Of a stretch of 64,000 bases of DNA, positions 36,560-48,620 are shown in pieces. The DNA is from Rhina ancylostomus (Eukaryota). Positions within the stretch are counted from its first letter, which is position 1. Each line of letters opens with the position of its first letter. The stretch spans positions 30,406,309 to 30,470,308 of the forward strand of contig JARFYF010000029.1 in assembly GCA_030265395.1 (NCBI GenBank), in the 5' to 3' direction. The notes under the pieces are model-generated. The model was not told where the DNA came from, did no database searches, and saw only the letters and a list, made by a program, of their open reading frames with translations. The position numbers and the translations under genes are program-made.

Positions 36560-38090
36560 ACCTATACCAAATAATTGATAATTTAAAAAAAACCTCTGTT
36601 CAGCTACATCTCCAGGTTTGTAACTTTTACTCTGCTGATTTTGTCCTGGAATCTCTCTGGATCTGAATTTCACGGGGAGTTTGCTTCTTCCCCTTCTCCA
36701 GCCCAGGGATCCTCCATGGTATCGTTCAGTAGATGTAGCATTCAGCTTCTTTTTCACTCCTGATGTGTGTTTTCTCCATATCATCACCTGATGCCTCAGC
36801 TTTTGCTGCTCCTCTATTTCCTACCCTCTTGTGAATTTCTTTATTATTGTCTCTCTATTATTTACAAAATATCCATTCATCGTCCATGAGTTTACTTTGA
36901 ATGAATCCGTGAATGTCCTAGACATGACTGAACCTTGGTGCATCCTCTTCCACATGGCAGTTGCATCATCTGCTAAACGTTCACTGTGTTACTGTGGTTC
37001 TCCCTTCCATGTCCCATAAACTGGTCTCTTCACCCACTTCCTCAGCACCAGGTGATAAAATTCATCCTCTCTCATATGCATTATATGGTACTACATGTGC
37101 ATTGTACTCCATTTCCTAATAGAATTGTGCATTTGCTGCTATATTGTAAATTTTGCCCATACACTTCTACCCTTTCATCTGTCCCACTTCTGCTGCTCTC
37201 CTTCTCACTGCCTGCCAATGGTTTCTTATTTCTCAAACTTTTGAGCCAAATCTTGTTTTTGGAAAAAGTTAACATACACTTAAATTTCCCAACCAATACT
37301 CCAACATTTTAATCCTCCAACCCTCCATTAAACTCACACTGCATGCTAATTCATTTCACTGTAAAACTATACTCTTGGCGATGCTCACCCGGCCACTGTC
37401 AATCACTCCTGCAAGTTCCATCATCCTCCACCTGTACAATCCCTCTCCTGGTCTCGTACTCCTCATTTACATGCAACCTCTTTACAAGATCCACAATGTG
37501 TGAATGGCACGAAGTTTTGTTCCCTGCACGTTACCCTTGATTATGTAATAGTCGCAGTGNNNNNNNNNNNNNNNNNNNNNNNNNNNNNNNNNNNNNNNNN
37601 NNNNNNNNNNNNNNNNNNNNNNNNNNNNNNNNNNNNNNNNNNNNNNNNNNNNNNNNNNNNNNNNNNNNNNNNNNNNNNNNNNATGTTTTCAAGACTAAAT
37701 TTAATAAAATGCTCTGTTCGTTTCCCCCTGCTCTTGATCATCTCCCAGGTATGATTCATCTGCTTTCCCCTGAGCTCAATGGCATCACCAACTACCCACA
37801 ACACCACCTACTCTTGCGCTCATCCCCAGTATGTTGGCTTCACAATTCTCTCTCTCTTGTTTACAAATTCCTTTTAAGCCGTTTCTATATCCTCCCTCAA
37901 TTAGCTACATGACTACGGAGCCTAAAATTTCCTCCTTTGCTTGGTTTATCTCTCTCTTTCTCAACATACTTTAACCATGCCTTTGGTGACCTGCCCTATC
38001 CACGCATTCCCTGAAATGTGTACGGTCAATGCCTTTTGTTGAAGTACCTTGCAATATTCTGCTGAGTTAAAGATGATATTCTTTAATATT
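36560..38090 (+). mobile_element. Highly decayed L2-like LINE in intron 7
   Basis: Pyrimidine-rich body and a 3' end (catgcctttggtgacctgccc...tgaagtaccttgcaatatt...gttaaagatgatat) resembling fish L2 termini. Confidence 0.5.
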
Positions 38091-38667
38091 AAATCAGAGA
38101 CCGGAGTCTGAATCACAACATAGTAGTTGGAGAATTTAAGCAATTAAATTGATCTGGAATCACAAAAAAAGTATTGGGGACAGTAACCATGACAATACTG
38201 GAATGTCATAAAAATCTATCTCGTTTGGTAAAGTTCTTCAGAGAAGTATATCTGCTATCCCTTAGCCAGGAGTGGGCAATGAATGCTGACTCTGCCAAAG
38301 GTGTCCTTGTTTTGTGAATGAATTTTGTTTTAGAGTTACCACTAATCTGTACAATGAGTCTATACACTTAAAAGATTTACTGAGTGACACAGGCATAACA
38401 TAACCAGAAAGTAAGTAGGAGAAGGACATGAAGTGTTTGATTATTTATGAACAAGTTCATAACTGGTACATGGCTTTTGCTGTTTAGTTCTGGGTTGTTT
38501 GAAATATATTTCAGATTCTGGTGTATCCTATGTTGCATCTGTGCTTAAAATATTTTTCATTAACTGATTTTGGTTATACCTTAATGTAAAGTTTATTTTT
38601 GGGCTGATTGAAAAACATTGGATAGTTAGTGGTATGAAACTCGCATGTGGAACTCTCTTTGATGCAG

Positions 38668-38763
38668 GTAAATGTCGGCAGCCATGCAGAAATGGAGGGA
38701 AATGCACCGGGAGAAACAAATGCAAATGCATTAAAGGTTACCAGGGCGACCTGTGTTCTAAGC
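38668..38763 (+). CDS. WIF1: WIF1 exon 8, EGF4: (S)[31 protein letters not shown]
   Basis: gatgcag|gtaaatgt...tctaagc|gtaagt; 96 nt; basic residues typical of the heparan-sulfate-binding EGF region. Confidence 0.98.
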
Positions 38764-39554
38764 GTAAGTATCTTGCTCTTTATTATAAATAAAGGCCCAT
38801 TATTGGTTTGAGTTTTATTTTGTAGAAATAATTCTCTAAAGGAAATTAATGAAATGTTTAGTTGTGATGATCTTCCCAGTACCTGGCTAATTTTAGCATC
38901 AAAGCTAAATTTGACTTTCTGAGCATGTTATTTTTTTAAATTCTCCAATTGTTTCAGCATGATTAAACCATACTTGATTTTAGAGTACATTAGTATCTAA
39001 AAATTGCCTCATGGTCGTTGAGATTAAGATCAATGATTCTTTGACATCAGAAGTGAACCTAACATTGATTTCATTCAGTACTGAATTGTGAAATGCGTTG
39101 TGCTTCCAGCACATTCTGGGGCTGCAATTGGAGGAATGAATCAGCAGAATTGAAGCCAGTGGAAAAGAAAACTGAGTACAGTATAAAAGGGAATGCTTTC
39201 TTGATATTATATGTTTTTCTGATGAAAACCACTTTCACCCTCTTCAGCTAGTTTGATATTTAAGTGAATAAATAAATGGTGTTAGCTGAACAAAGTGACT
39301 TTGTCCCATATTTTTAGATTTTCACCTGCCTCACTTGGGAGGAAAGTCGGTTAAGCAGTTCCCTATTCTTTTCTCAAACCAGCCTGAGTTACATTGCATT
39401 CCAGTTACTCTGGGCTTGGGAGGAACTGGGGAATTGTGCTTGGCCACGACATTTCCAGGGTAACATGCTATGAGCTATTGTCTGGGTAGGAAGGGGACCA
39501 GGGATTCTGAAGGGTTTGCTGGAATTGTGAAACAATATCCTGTGATGAGCAATT

Positions 39555-39705
39555 AAAGCAGAAAATGCTGGAAACACTCAGCAGACCCGTCATCAGATCT
39601 GAAGCATTCACTCTATTTCTCCTTCTGCAGATGCTGCCTGATCTGCTGAGTGTTTTCAGCATTTTCTGTTTTTATCTCCAGTTTCCAGCATCTGTTGTGC
39701 TTTTG
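39555..39705. repeat. Penelope-derived inverted repeat in intron 8
   Basis: 39555-39585 and 39642-39672 are reverse complements with 2 mismatches in 31 nt. Confidence 0.85.
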
Positions 39706-40382
39706 ATTTCTGTGGCGAGAAGATGTAGTGGGGAAGGAGAACAAATCTGGAGTTGGTGTTGTGAAAAATGAGAATTTTATTTGTTGCAATATTGTTATAA
39801 GTACTGGTGCAAGTACTGTCTTTTGTTTGAATTAAGCAAAATTTCAATATATTTGGAAAGGAAAAATTAAATGCATGGGGTAAATAACCTACCTTACTGT
39901 TGAAACTCTCACATGCACCATAACTACTTTAGTGTGCTACTGAAGTCATTTGGAGATGTATTATAGCAAAGGAGCCTAATCTGCCAAGAAGGGAGGTGGA
40001 GAGAGGAGAACATTAACAGGAAAGAGGAATCTAATCTAATTATATGAATAAGGATTAATGATGATCCATATTAAACACCCAAGCCCAAATGATCATTCGG
40101 GACAATTGCCACTGTTTACTTCATTAAAAAAAAGTTATAAGTGATGTAAATTATTGGTATCTTAACATCAGCCTAAGAAGTGCATTTAACATTAAATGAA
40201 TAGGTGAAAATGGGGGGATATTTTAAATTAAAAATAATTATCATATGCATTTGCCAGACCAAACGTTTATAGCCATATTAACTGCAATTTTAACAGGCTT
40301 AATATACTTGGTGAAACTGAGTGCATCTGAAATCCTGCAAAAAAGAGAAAAATTATAATTTCATGCTTTGCTCCTTTTGCAG

Positions 40383-40478
40383 CTGTTTGTGAGCCTCACT
40401 GTGGACCACATGGATCCTGCATCGAGCCCAACAAATGTGAATGCAGGGAAGGCTGGCATGGAAGGCACTGTAACAAGA
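40383..40478 (+). CDS. WIF1: WIF1 exon 9, EGF5: (P)[31 protein letters not shown]
   Basis: ttttgcag|ctgtt...aacaaga|gtaagt; 96 nt, 6 Cys. Confidence 0.98.
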
Positions 40479-40619
40479 GTAAGTGGGAACAGAAGGGTTT
40501 GCAGCAGTTCTGATCTATTTCACAGCCTTTTCTTTGCCAAATAATCCAGACAATGTATTTGATCTTGAGAGTATATAAAATCCAAGGCAATTTGATACCT
40601 TTCAACTAATTGTAACAAA

Positions 40620-40840
40620 AGAAATGGAGACGGCAGCAGACAATACAGCCCCTTGTACCGGCTCTGCCATTTCATAAAATCATAACCAATCCTGCTCTTT
40701 GTTCATTTTCCCACCCAATTCCCATATCTCCTTCATGTCCTAAAAATGATCAGTCTCTTGTCTTAAATATACTTTGATGCGGGGACATCCACAGCCCTCT
40801 GAGGTGGAGAATTATAGGGATCTACAGCCCACTGAGATGG
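40620..40840 (-). mobile_element. CR1 3' end fragment in intron 9
   Basis: cagcccc...ctctgccatttcataaaatcata...gtcttaaatatac...catccacagccctctgaggtggagaatt. Confidence 0.65.
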
Positions 40841-41192
40841 TTATCTGCAGTCCTACTGTAGTTCTTTGCGTTTAATAGAGATACATCCAATCAATAATTC
40901 GCCACCAGAATAATGTTAATGCTGTATTTGATTTCCTTTGCAAACCAAATTTCAGTGGAACATCAATTAATCATTATATGGAGAGTGTAGCTAATTGCTG
41001 TAAATTGAATGCAGAACAGATCTTTTGAAATCCTGTCAGTTTAGCATAGCTTTGTTGACATATTCCTCCTGTTTACTGTAAGAGAATTCTTTCACCAAGT
41101 CTGCACTGTTCCAAAATCATATGAACTGTACAGATGCTGTAGATGTATCAATCAGTTGTTTTCAGTAGTTTTTGTTGATTTTTTTTCACAAG

Positions 41193-41324
41193 GAAANNNN
41201 NNNNNNTGGAGCCAGTCTAATGAACACCCTGAGGTCAGCGGGCTTCAAGCACAGACAGCATACGCCTTTACCTAAAGAGAATGTTGAGAGTCACATACCA
41301 CCCGAATCTAATTATATTTGGTAA
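41193..41324 (+). CDS. WIF1: WIF1 exon 10 coding part: ..GASLMNTLRSAGFKHRQHTPLPKENVESHIPPESNYIW*
   Basis: C-terminus matches WIF1 (RQHTP, PPESNYIW), TAA at 41322-41324. The acceptor (ttttttcacaag at 41192) is tentative because a 10-N gap follows at 41197-41206. Confidence 0.95.
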   Translation, partial: EXXXXGASLMNTLRSAGFKHRQHTPLPKENVESHIPPESNYIW

Positions 41325-42260
41325 AGGAAAACATCTGAAACCTTTTACTGTATATACAGTTTACAATTCCACTAACCCATCTGAGTACGAAGTTCAAAAA
41401 CAAAGTCTGTAATGGAAAAACCACTCGTCTGTTTTGCCATGTTATCTTCAGAACTACACTAATGTTGGAGTCGCTCTCTAATTACTTGAGAATATTCTTT
41501 TTATCTTCTGCATTTTAACAGAATTACCAAATAATTTTAGCCCTATTATTTTAATATGTATGCATCATGAAGTTAAATTAATAAACTTTTACACAATAGT
41601 TATATTTCATGCAACAATAAATATCAAAGAAGAATTATTTATACACAGCATCTACTACTTGTTGAAGAAATGGTGGTTGGCGTACCACCCAACAAGGGAA
41701 GTCAGTTTATATATTTAAATATGTATATACACATGTACACAAAATACATATTGAATGATTTAAATTTTCAGAATATCTTTGATTTGCATCGGCATTGAAA
41801 TTGCCTAGAGATCAAGTAAGTTGCCACTTAACCCCAACTGTAGGGCAATATTAGTCAGTTCTTCACTGTAAATCTTCCAATAAAAGGACCTATTTTATAC
41901 TTTCTTCTGTAGTTTAATAGTGTTCAATGCAATAACAAAATCTATGCTTTTCACTTTGTTATAATTCATGCAAATATATTTCTGTGGAATTCCTTGTAGT
42001 GCAAGTAGACTGATATGTGTAACTGAAGCCTCTTAAATAAAGCCATTACGTGAAAACATAATGCAAATTTTGGTCTGAATAGCAACAAAATACAACTACA
42101 AAATGATTTTATTGATATGGAATTATTGAGTTGGAATGTGTGCATTAGTACAAGTGGAATCTTCAACAGAGTAATGATGTTAAGTTTAATTTTCAAGATA
42201 GTTTAAGAAAATGGTATGTGCAACTGCATAACAATAAAGGCTTTATAACTCATGGAATCA
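41325..42260 (+). other. WIF1: WIF1 3' UTR, AU-rich, with candidate poly(A) signals
   Basis: AATAAA at 41580, 41616, 41879 and 42233. The true end cannot be determined from sequence alone. Confidence 0.6.
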
Positions 42261-44559
42261 TGTTTTAAAATATATTTTCAGTATAAGTACTAAATGACAT
42301 GATATGAAATTATATTTTTTCATATAAATTTTTGTTTGGAACATGCAAGAACATTCAGTTACAATCTTGTGTCAGTGACAGTGAGTTGCTCTTGTGAATA
42401 TGTTCAACCAAAGGTTCTTAAATTTTCCCGCTTGTCACTGAAATTGTAAGCAGAGCCCCGTTGCAGTGTCTTGACCCGAAATGTCGACTTGCACCTTTTG
42501 CCTCCGCAGAAGCTGCTTGACTTGTCGAGTTCTTCCAGCATTCTGTTTCATTTCAGCACAGCTTGTTTTGGCGCCTTATTTTTGGAGTGCCTCTCCACTT
42601 GGAAAATACCCAGGGATACAGTGGGGAAAGCAAGGAAGAAGACCAGGAATGTTGTCCCCTATCTCAGAAGCATCCTAACATTGGGCCACTGTGGATACAA
42701 GGATAATTACAGTGATTCTTGCAAATTAGGAGCTGTAGGACTAGGGACCTATGCAAAGAGTACCTTGTCATCACTTCCACTGAAATATGCTAGAAAACCT
42801 AAGTGAAGGCTTTCAAATGTATAGTTCAATAATTATGAAGCAAATCAGTACTTAATTTTAAGCATTCTTCAAAACCATAGTTTATTGCCATTGATGATGT
42901 CTAAGAGGAAAATAAATGAATCATTTCTGAAAAAAATTCATAATTCATTCAATAATTCAACTAGTAAGGCAATAATCATCAATTTTTGATGATGTAGCTT
43001 ACCATTGGAGTGTTCATTATAGTGCCATCTAGTGTTTGCACTGGAGGTAAGTGAAGATATTTTAATACTGAAAATTCTTGTTAATGTGCTTATTAGACAT
43101 TCAATGATGTAAAATGGGTATCCACTAAGCATGGGTGTGATGCATGATTTTTCATGTATATCCATACGTAGTGATTGTGCATTTATTTTCTGAAACAATT
43201 TGGCCTCAGTTGATTAATTTTGTGACTGAGTAATCCAAAGGGCCTGTTATTAATACTCAAACTTAGTCTCCTGAAAAATACAGGCCACCTGAGGTGTTGT
43301 TCTCATTTATTCATAAGACATTGCCATTATTGACAAAATAAGCATTTATTGTTCAACCCTTGTTATTCCTGAAGTGAGGAAGTGCTTATGAGTCAACAGA
43401 ACTCCAGCTGATGTGGCTCTGATGTTGCCCTCAAGTTGACACACTTTTCTTTGCACCAGTTAAAATGCACTGACTGCTTTCTCTTCTTCGATCTGCCAAT
43501 TTAAAGTCCTTGCTACTGAGTTTGACTAAATGGAAACTGTTGATTTTTGAGTGTTCACCATGCTACAGAGAAAAATATTAGGTTGGAGAAAGGGAGAATT
43601 GGCAAATGAAACACCAGAGGGGCACTGATGAGGTGATGATGATAAGACAACATAAGATGGAATATCTGGGGGAAGGGTGGAACAAATAGGGAGCGAGTGA
43701 TCTCACAGCAGGCACCAAATCAAGAAACAGAAGAAGCAAATGGCTCAAGATCAGCTTAAAGACTAATTTTAAATAGAACAAGAAGTTAGAGACTAGGACC
43801 AAGGATATAGATTCAACTGGAGAAAAATAAATGGATAGAGATAAATAAGAGTCATTAACAACAAAACTAGGAGTAATAAGATCAGGAGGAAGAGTGAGCA
43901 AAGATCACTTGGAGGTATGTGCACTTTGAGAGAAACATGGATAAGAGAGTAAATGAGGAGTATAAAGAATAAGAAAAGATGAAGAATGAGATGGAATGAG
44001 CAATGATGCTGGACATTTAGAATTGCAGCTTAACTTTGCATCCATATGCACCTACCATTATCATGATTGTGCATTACTGTCTATATTGAAATCTGTATGA
44101 AATAATGCTGTTATTTTCACTTTGTAAGCATATTAATTGTCCTATTGCCTCTACTTAGGATTAGAATTGGTTTGCCAATAGTTGCTTTGTTGCTTCCCTA
44201 CAAGAAAATGTCCATTACTTTGTGCAGTTTTCCAAAAGGGAGTACCAAAAGGATTCTGAATTTTCTCAGAACTACTCCCATTCTAATGAAAATGTGACTT
44301 CTTCTGTGCTCTTGGCAGCATTACAACAGTGGGATAGATACAATTGTGAGGAAATTCATGGCCTTCATTTGAGCCTGCAAGACCTTAACAATCAGAGTGG
44401 ATTTGATAACATTTTTGATTCAAATAGTTCTTAGTAAAAGCTTTCCGTAGAAGGAAATTTTAGTTTAATTGATCCCTACATAAAGGGAGTTCTTTATTTG
44501 TGCTAACTAGTTTTGCTTTTCTATCTTTTGTTGAAAACTCATGATTTATTTTTGTCCAC

Positions 44560-45870
44560 TTCTTGAATAGGAAGACTGTATATTCTGCAACATTTATATA
44601 ACTTCCCAGAGTCATTCGGCCATCAACAAAGTGCAAGAGATATTAGACGTGAAAAGGATAGGGTGCAGATTCACCTGAATTGTATGAAGTTCTATAAATC
44701 TGGCTTTCATTTGCTTGAGTGTAGAAGGTGGTGAGGTGATTGAACTGAGTTACTTAAGATGAGAAAAGGGCTCAAAAGAAAAGTACAGGGAAACTATTTG
44801 GTCTGGTTGGAACATCCAGAACATGGAGTTCATAGTTAAGATTAAAGCTAGGCCATTTGTGACTGAAACCAGGAAGCAATTTTTCCATAAAGAGTATTGG
44901 AAAAATGTAATTTACTTCCTCAAAGCTTTTGGATCTGGCTTAATTAAAATCTCTGAGGATAAGATTGATAGATTTGTGTTACTTAGGGATAACAGGGGAT
45001 AAGGAGCAAAGTTAGGTAACTGGAGTAGTGATACTGATCAACCATTATCTGATTGAAAGGAAGAATGGTTCCAGATGTCTGTTCATTCCTATATTTTTGC
45101 AAATGTGATTCTAAGTCAAGAATCTGATGAAATATTCATTACTTCAAAGCAGCTGCAACAACATTTGAAAGGCTTGATCTAAGTAGGTCAAAGCTGTTTG
45201 TTTGATAATTCCTTCACCCACCATCTTAAAAGCCTAACCCTTCTGCCACTGCTGTCCTAGTAGGTCCAGTGTGTACCAGCTGCAGGTTGCACTACATTAA
45301 CTCGTCAAAACTTCCCTGTCAGCACTTCCCAATCCTGCAAATTCCTCTCAGAGCAAAGGCAGCAGGTGCAAGGGAGCAACATGAGATAAGAGAGTTGGGA
45401 GAATGGACAGGGCCTTAGTTTGGTAGGAATATTCCATGAGATATGCATTGTGGACAAACTATTCTTATATTTATCAATAATTTAGATGGCCAAGTGGAAT
45501 GCCACATACTCAAGCTTACCAATGGCGTAAACAATGTGGATGAAAGCATAAAATCACAAATACAGTGAGTGGGAGGCCACAGACTAATGAATATAAGGAA
45601 GTAGGAAGCCATGTGCTTTTGGGTTGGAAAAACAATGGAGCAGAGATCTTCCTAAGTGGTAAAAAGCAAGAAGTGATAGGTGCTCAAAAAGACCAAGGTC
45701 ATTAAATGCCAACGATAAGTGCAAAATTAGTCAAAAAGTTAATGGAATGTTAGCCTTTATAGGACTGGAATATGGGGTGGTGGAACTCATGTTACCATTG
45801 TACAAAGTACCATTGTACCATTGGACTTGTGTATTCATTTCCGGACACCATTGAAAAAATTGTATTAACC
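44560..45870 (+). mobile_element. Cluster of decayed CR1 and CR1-group LINE fragments
   Basis: CR1 3' end at 44640-45090, second-family tail at 45250-45380, CR1 RT remnant atatttatcaataatttagat at 45465-45870. Confidence 0.6.
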
Positions 45871-45959
45871 TCTGATATCAAGGGAAACTGGAATGAAATG
45901 GATTTAAAGAAAAAATACAGCAGCTAGTAGAAATTTGAAATAAAATCTGTGAATGCTAG

Positions 45960-48620
45960 ATATGAAAACCAAATATAACTGCAGATGCTGGAAAATAGAA
46001 ATAATAACAGAAAATGTTGAAAGCACTCAACAGGTCAGGCAGCAGCTGCAGAAAGAGAAACGTAGTTAATGTTTCCGACTGAAAACCCTTCATCAGAACT
46101 GGGAAAGAGCAAAGTAAATAAGTTGCACAGATGATGATGAGAGAAACATGGATAGAACAAAGGGAACATCTCTGATAAGGTGAGGCTGAGGTTGACATCG
46201 ATATAAATTATAAATGAAATCATCTGGTTGTTGGGTTAGTGAAAGGTATTGGGGACAGAAGGTACGAGCAAGAGAACATAAAATTTATGAAATGAGGGCA
46301 GTTAAAGAGATAGACACAAACAAATGAAATGTAAAAGCAGAACAAACAAACTTGAAGGCAGAGTACATGGTTAACGGTAGGATTCTTAGCAGTGTGGAGG
46401 AACAGAGAGATCTTGGGGTCNNNNNNNNNNNNNNNNNNNNNNNNNNNNNNNNNNNNNNNNNNNNNNNNNNNNNNNNNNNNNNNNNNNNNNNNNNNNNNNN
46501 NNNNNNNNNNNNNNNNNNNNNNNNNNNNNNNNNNNNNNNNNNNNNNNNNNNNNNNNNNNNNNNNNNNNNNNNNNNNNNNNNNNNNNNNNNNNNNNNNNNN
46601 NNNNNNNNNNNNNNNNNNNNNNNNNNNNNNNNNNNNNNNNNNNNNNNNNNNNNNNNNNNNNNNNNNNNNNNNNNNNNNNNNNNNNNNNNNNNNNNNNNNN
46701 NNNNNNNNNNNNNNNNNNNNNNNNNNNNNNNNNNNNNNNNNNNNNNNNNNNNNNNNNNNNNNNNNNNNNNNNNNNNNNNNNNNNNNNNNNNNNNNNNNNN
46801 NNNNNNNNNNNNNNNNNNNNNNNNNNNNNNNNNNNNNNNNNNNNNNNNNNNNNNNNNNNNNNNNNNNNNNNNNNNNNNNNNNNNNNNNNNNNNNNNNNNN
46901 NNNNNNNNNNNNNNNNNNNNNNNNNNNNNNNNNNNNNNNNNNNNNNNNNNNNNNNNNNNNNNNNNNNNNNNNNNNNNNNNNNNNNNNNNNNNNNNNNNNN
47001 NNNNNNNNNNNNNNNNNNNNNNNNNNNNNNNNNNNNNNNNNNNNNNNNNNNNNNNNNNNNNNNNNNNNNNNNNNNNNNNNNNNNNNNNNNNNNNNNNNNN
47101 NNNNNNNNNNNNNNNNNNNNNNNNNNNNNNNNNNNNNNNNNNNNNNNNNNNNNNNNNNNNNNNNNNNNNNNNNNNNNNNNNNNNNNNNNNNNNNNNNNNN
47201 NCGGCAGCAACTTTGATCGTGAGAAAGTGAGTGGAGCTGAAGGAGTTTTCAAAGTGAAGACAAGTTCATCAGGGTGACTGAGCGTGTTGGTGGATGGGAA
47301 CTGGATGACCCTCTCTGTTTAAGGAAGAAATGGAGGTCCTTCAGATGGGAGATGGAGGTGTAGAGGGATTGTACATCCATGATAAAGAGGAGCTGGTTGG
47401 GACCAAGGAATTAGAAACTGTCAATTGGCAGAGCCCATCAGAGGTATCACAGATCTAAATGGATAGAAAGGACAGATCAAGATTGGAAGAAATAATTTTA
47501 GTGGGGCAAGAGGAGGGTGTTCTCAGTCATTTTGGGGCAGGAGGTGGAAGTGGGCTTTGTGGATCTGAGAGACTAAAAGGCTGGAAGCTGTGGAAGGAAG
47601 ATATCCCAAGGAAATGAGGTCCATGGGAGACAATGGTCTGACATTTACTGTTGGGGTCATGAGTTTGAAGGAGGAATGAGGAAGTGTCTGAGAGTGGATG
47701 TTTGGTCATTGCAGGATAGAGGTCAGTTTGCCCGACCACGTATGTCAGTCCAATGAGGATATCAGGGTTGGTTCTGAGGGAATGGAGTGCAGTGAGTTCC
47801 AAAAGAGGGTAGGTTGGGGAGAATAACAGGAATGGAAAGATCAAGAGCACCAAAGTCACATCAGCAGTTGGCAATGAATAGATCTAGTGAAGGTATGGGG
47901 TCAGGGGAGGGGTGAAGCTGGATCAGGGGGAAGAGTCTGGAGTGAAGTGGAGGCAGAGGCAGCAGAAATACAGTTCAACATCAGGTCAAGCCTGGAAACC
48001 ATTAAAATCATAGAGGATTACAGCACAGAAACAGGCCCCTTCAGCCTAACTTGTCCATGCTGACCAAAATGCCCATTTGCCCGTGTTGGGCCCACGTCAC
48101 TCCAAAGCTTTCCTATCCATTTAGAAGATACGGATTAAGATGCGGATATGGGGAGACAAAGCTGAGGCCTCTGCTGAGGACTAATCGTTTGGGATCAGAG
48201 CATGCTAGATAAGAAGGGTCAGTGAAAATACAGCAGGGGTTGGAACTGGGGAGAGAAGTCTAGAGCAGTATTGGAATTCAAAGCCTGCTGACGTCTGTGA
48301 GCTTTTACGTCTCAGAGGATGGAAGTAAATCATCTGCCGCAGCACCAAGTGCGGCAAAGAAAAAAATGAAACAACGGATCACGTAGCTTTGATTCTGGGA
48401 ATACTCAGCTGGCTGGGCAACATCTGCAGAGAAAGAAAGGTTCAAGGTCCTTTCATCAGAACAAGGAACTGTCAGAAATAAACATGCTTTATGATGGAGA
48501 GAAATAGGGAAGGGGAGGAGTGACTGAGGCCTTAAATAAGGTGAAAGGGTAGAAAGATTAAATGGAAAAAAGAGATGAGAATGCAAGGCAAAGGAGTGTG
48601 TTAATAGGAAAACATAGTGA
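45960..48620 (-). mobile_element. Penelope-like element remnant with terminal repeats, interrupted by CR1 insertions (46352-gap on +; 48005-48120 on -)
   Basis: 47220-47400 minus reads atcatggatgtacaatccctctacacctccatctcccat (IMDVQSLYTSISH) and gaacttgtcttcactttgaaaact (ELVFTL), Penelope RT motifs. Terminal repeat copies at 45960-46100 and 48390-48470. Confidence 0.8.

Larger units (their letters stand above)
20546..41324 (+). other. WIF1: WIF1 gene body (10 exons; 5' end hidden in gap 20077-20545)
   Basis: Ten collinear exons with GT-AG boundaries and compatible phases reconstruct a WIF domain + 5 EGF repeats + PPESNYIW C-terminus. Confidence 0.99.

Noticed and set aside
41193-41206. Apparent frame disruption at the start of exon 10
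   Set aside because: The 10-N placeholder has unknown true length, so it is not evidence for a pseudogene.
19983-47252. Long ORFs of 170-290 aa in the track
   Set aside because: They are made of X residues running through N-gaps.
48350-48375. GC hairpin tgccgca...tgcggca beside an A-run, terminator-like
   Set aside because: Eukaryotic repeat context, and the U-run would be on the wrong side.
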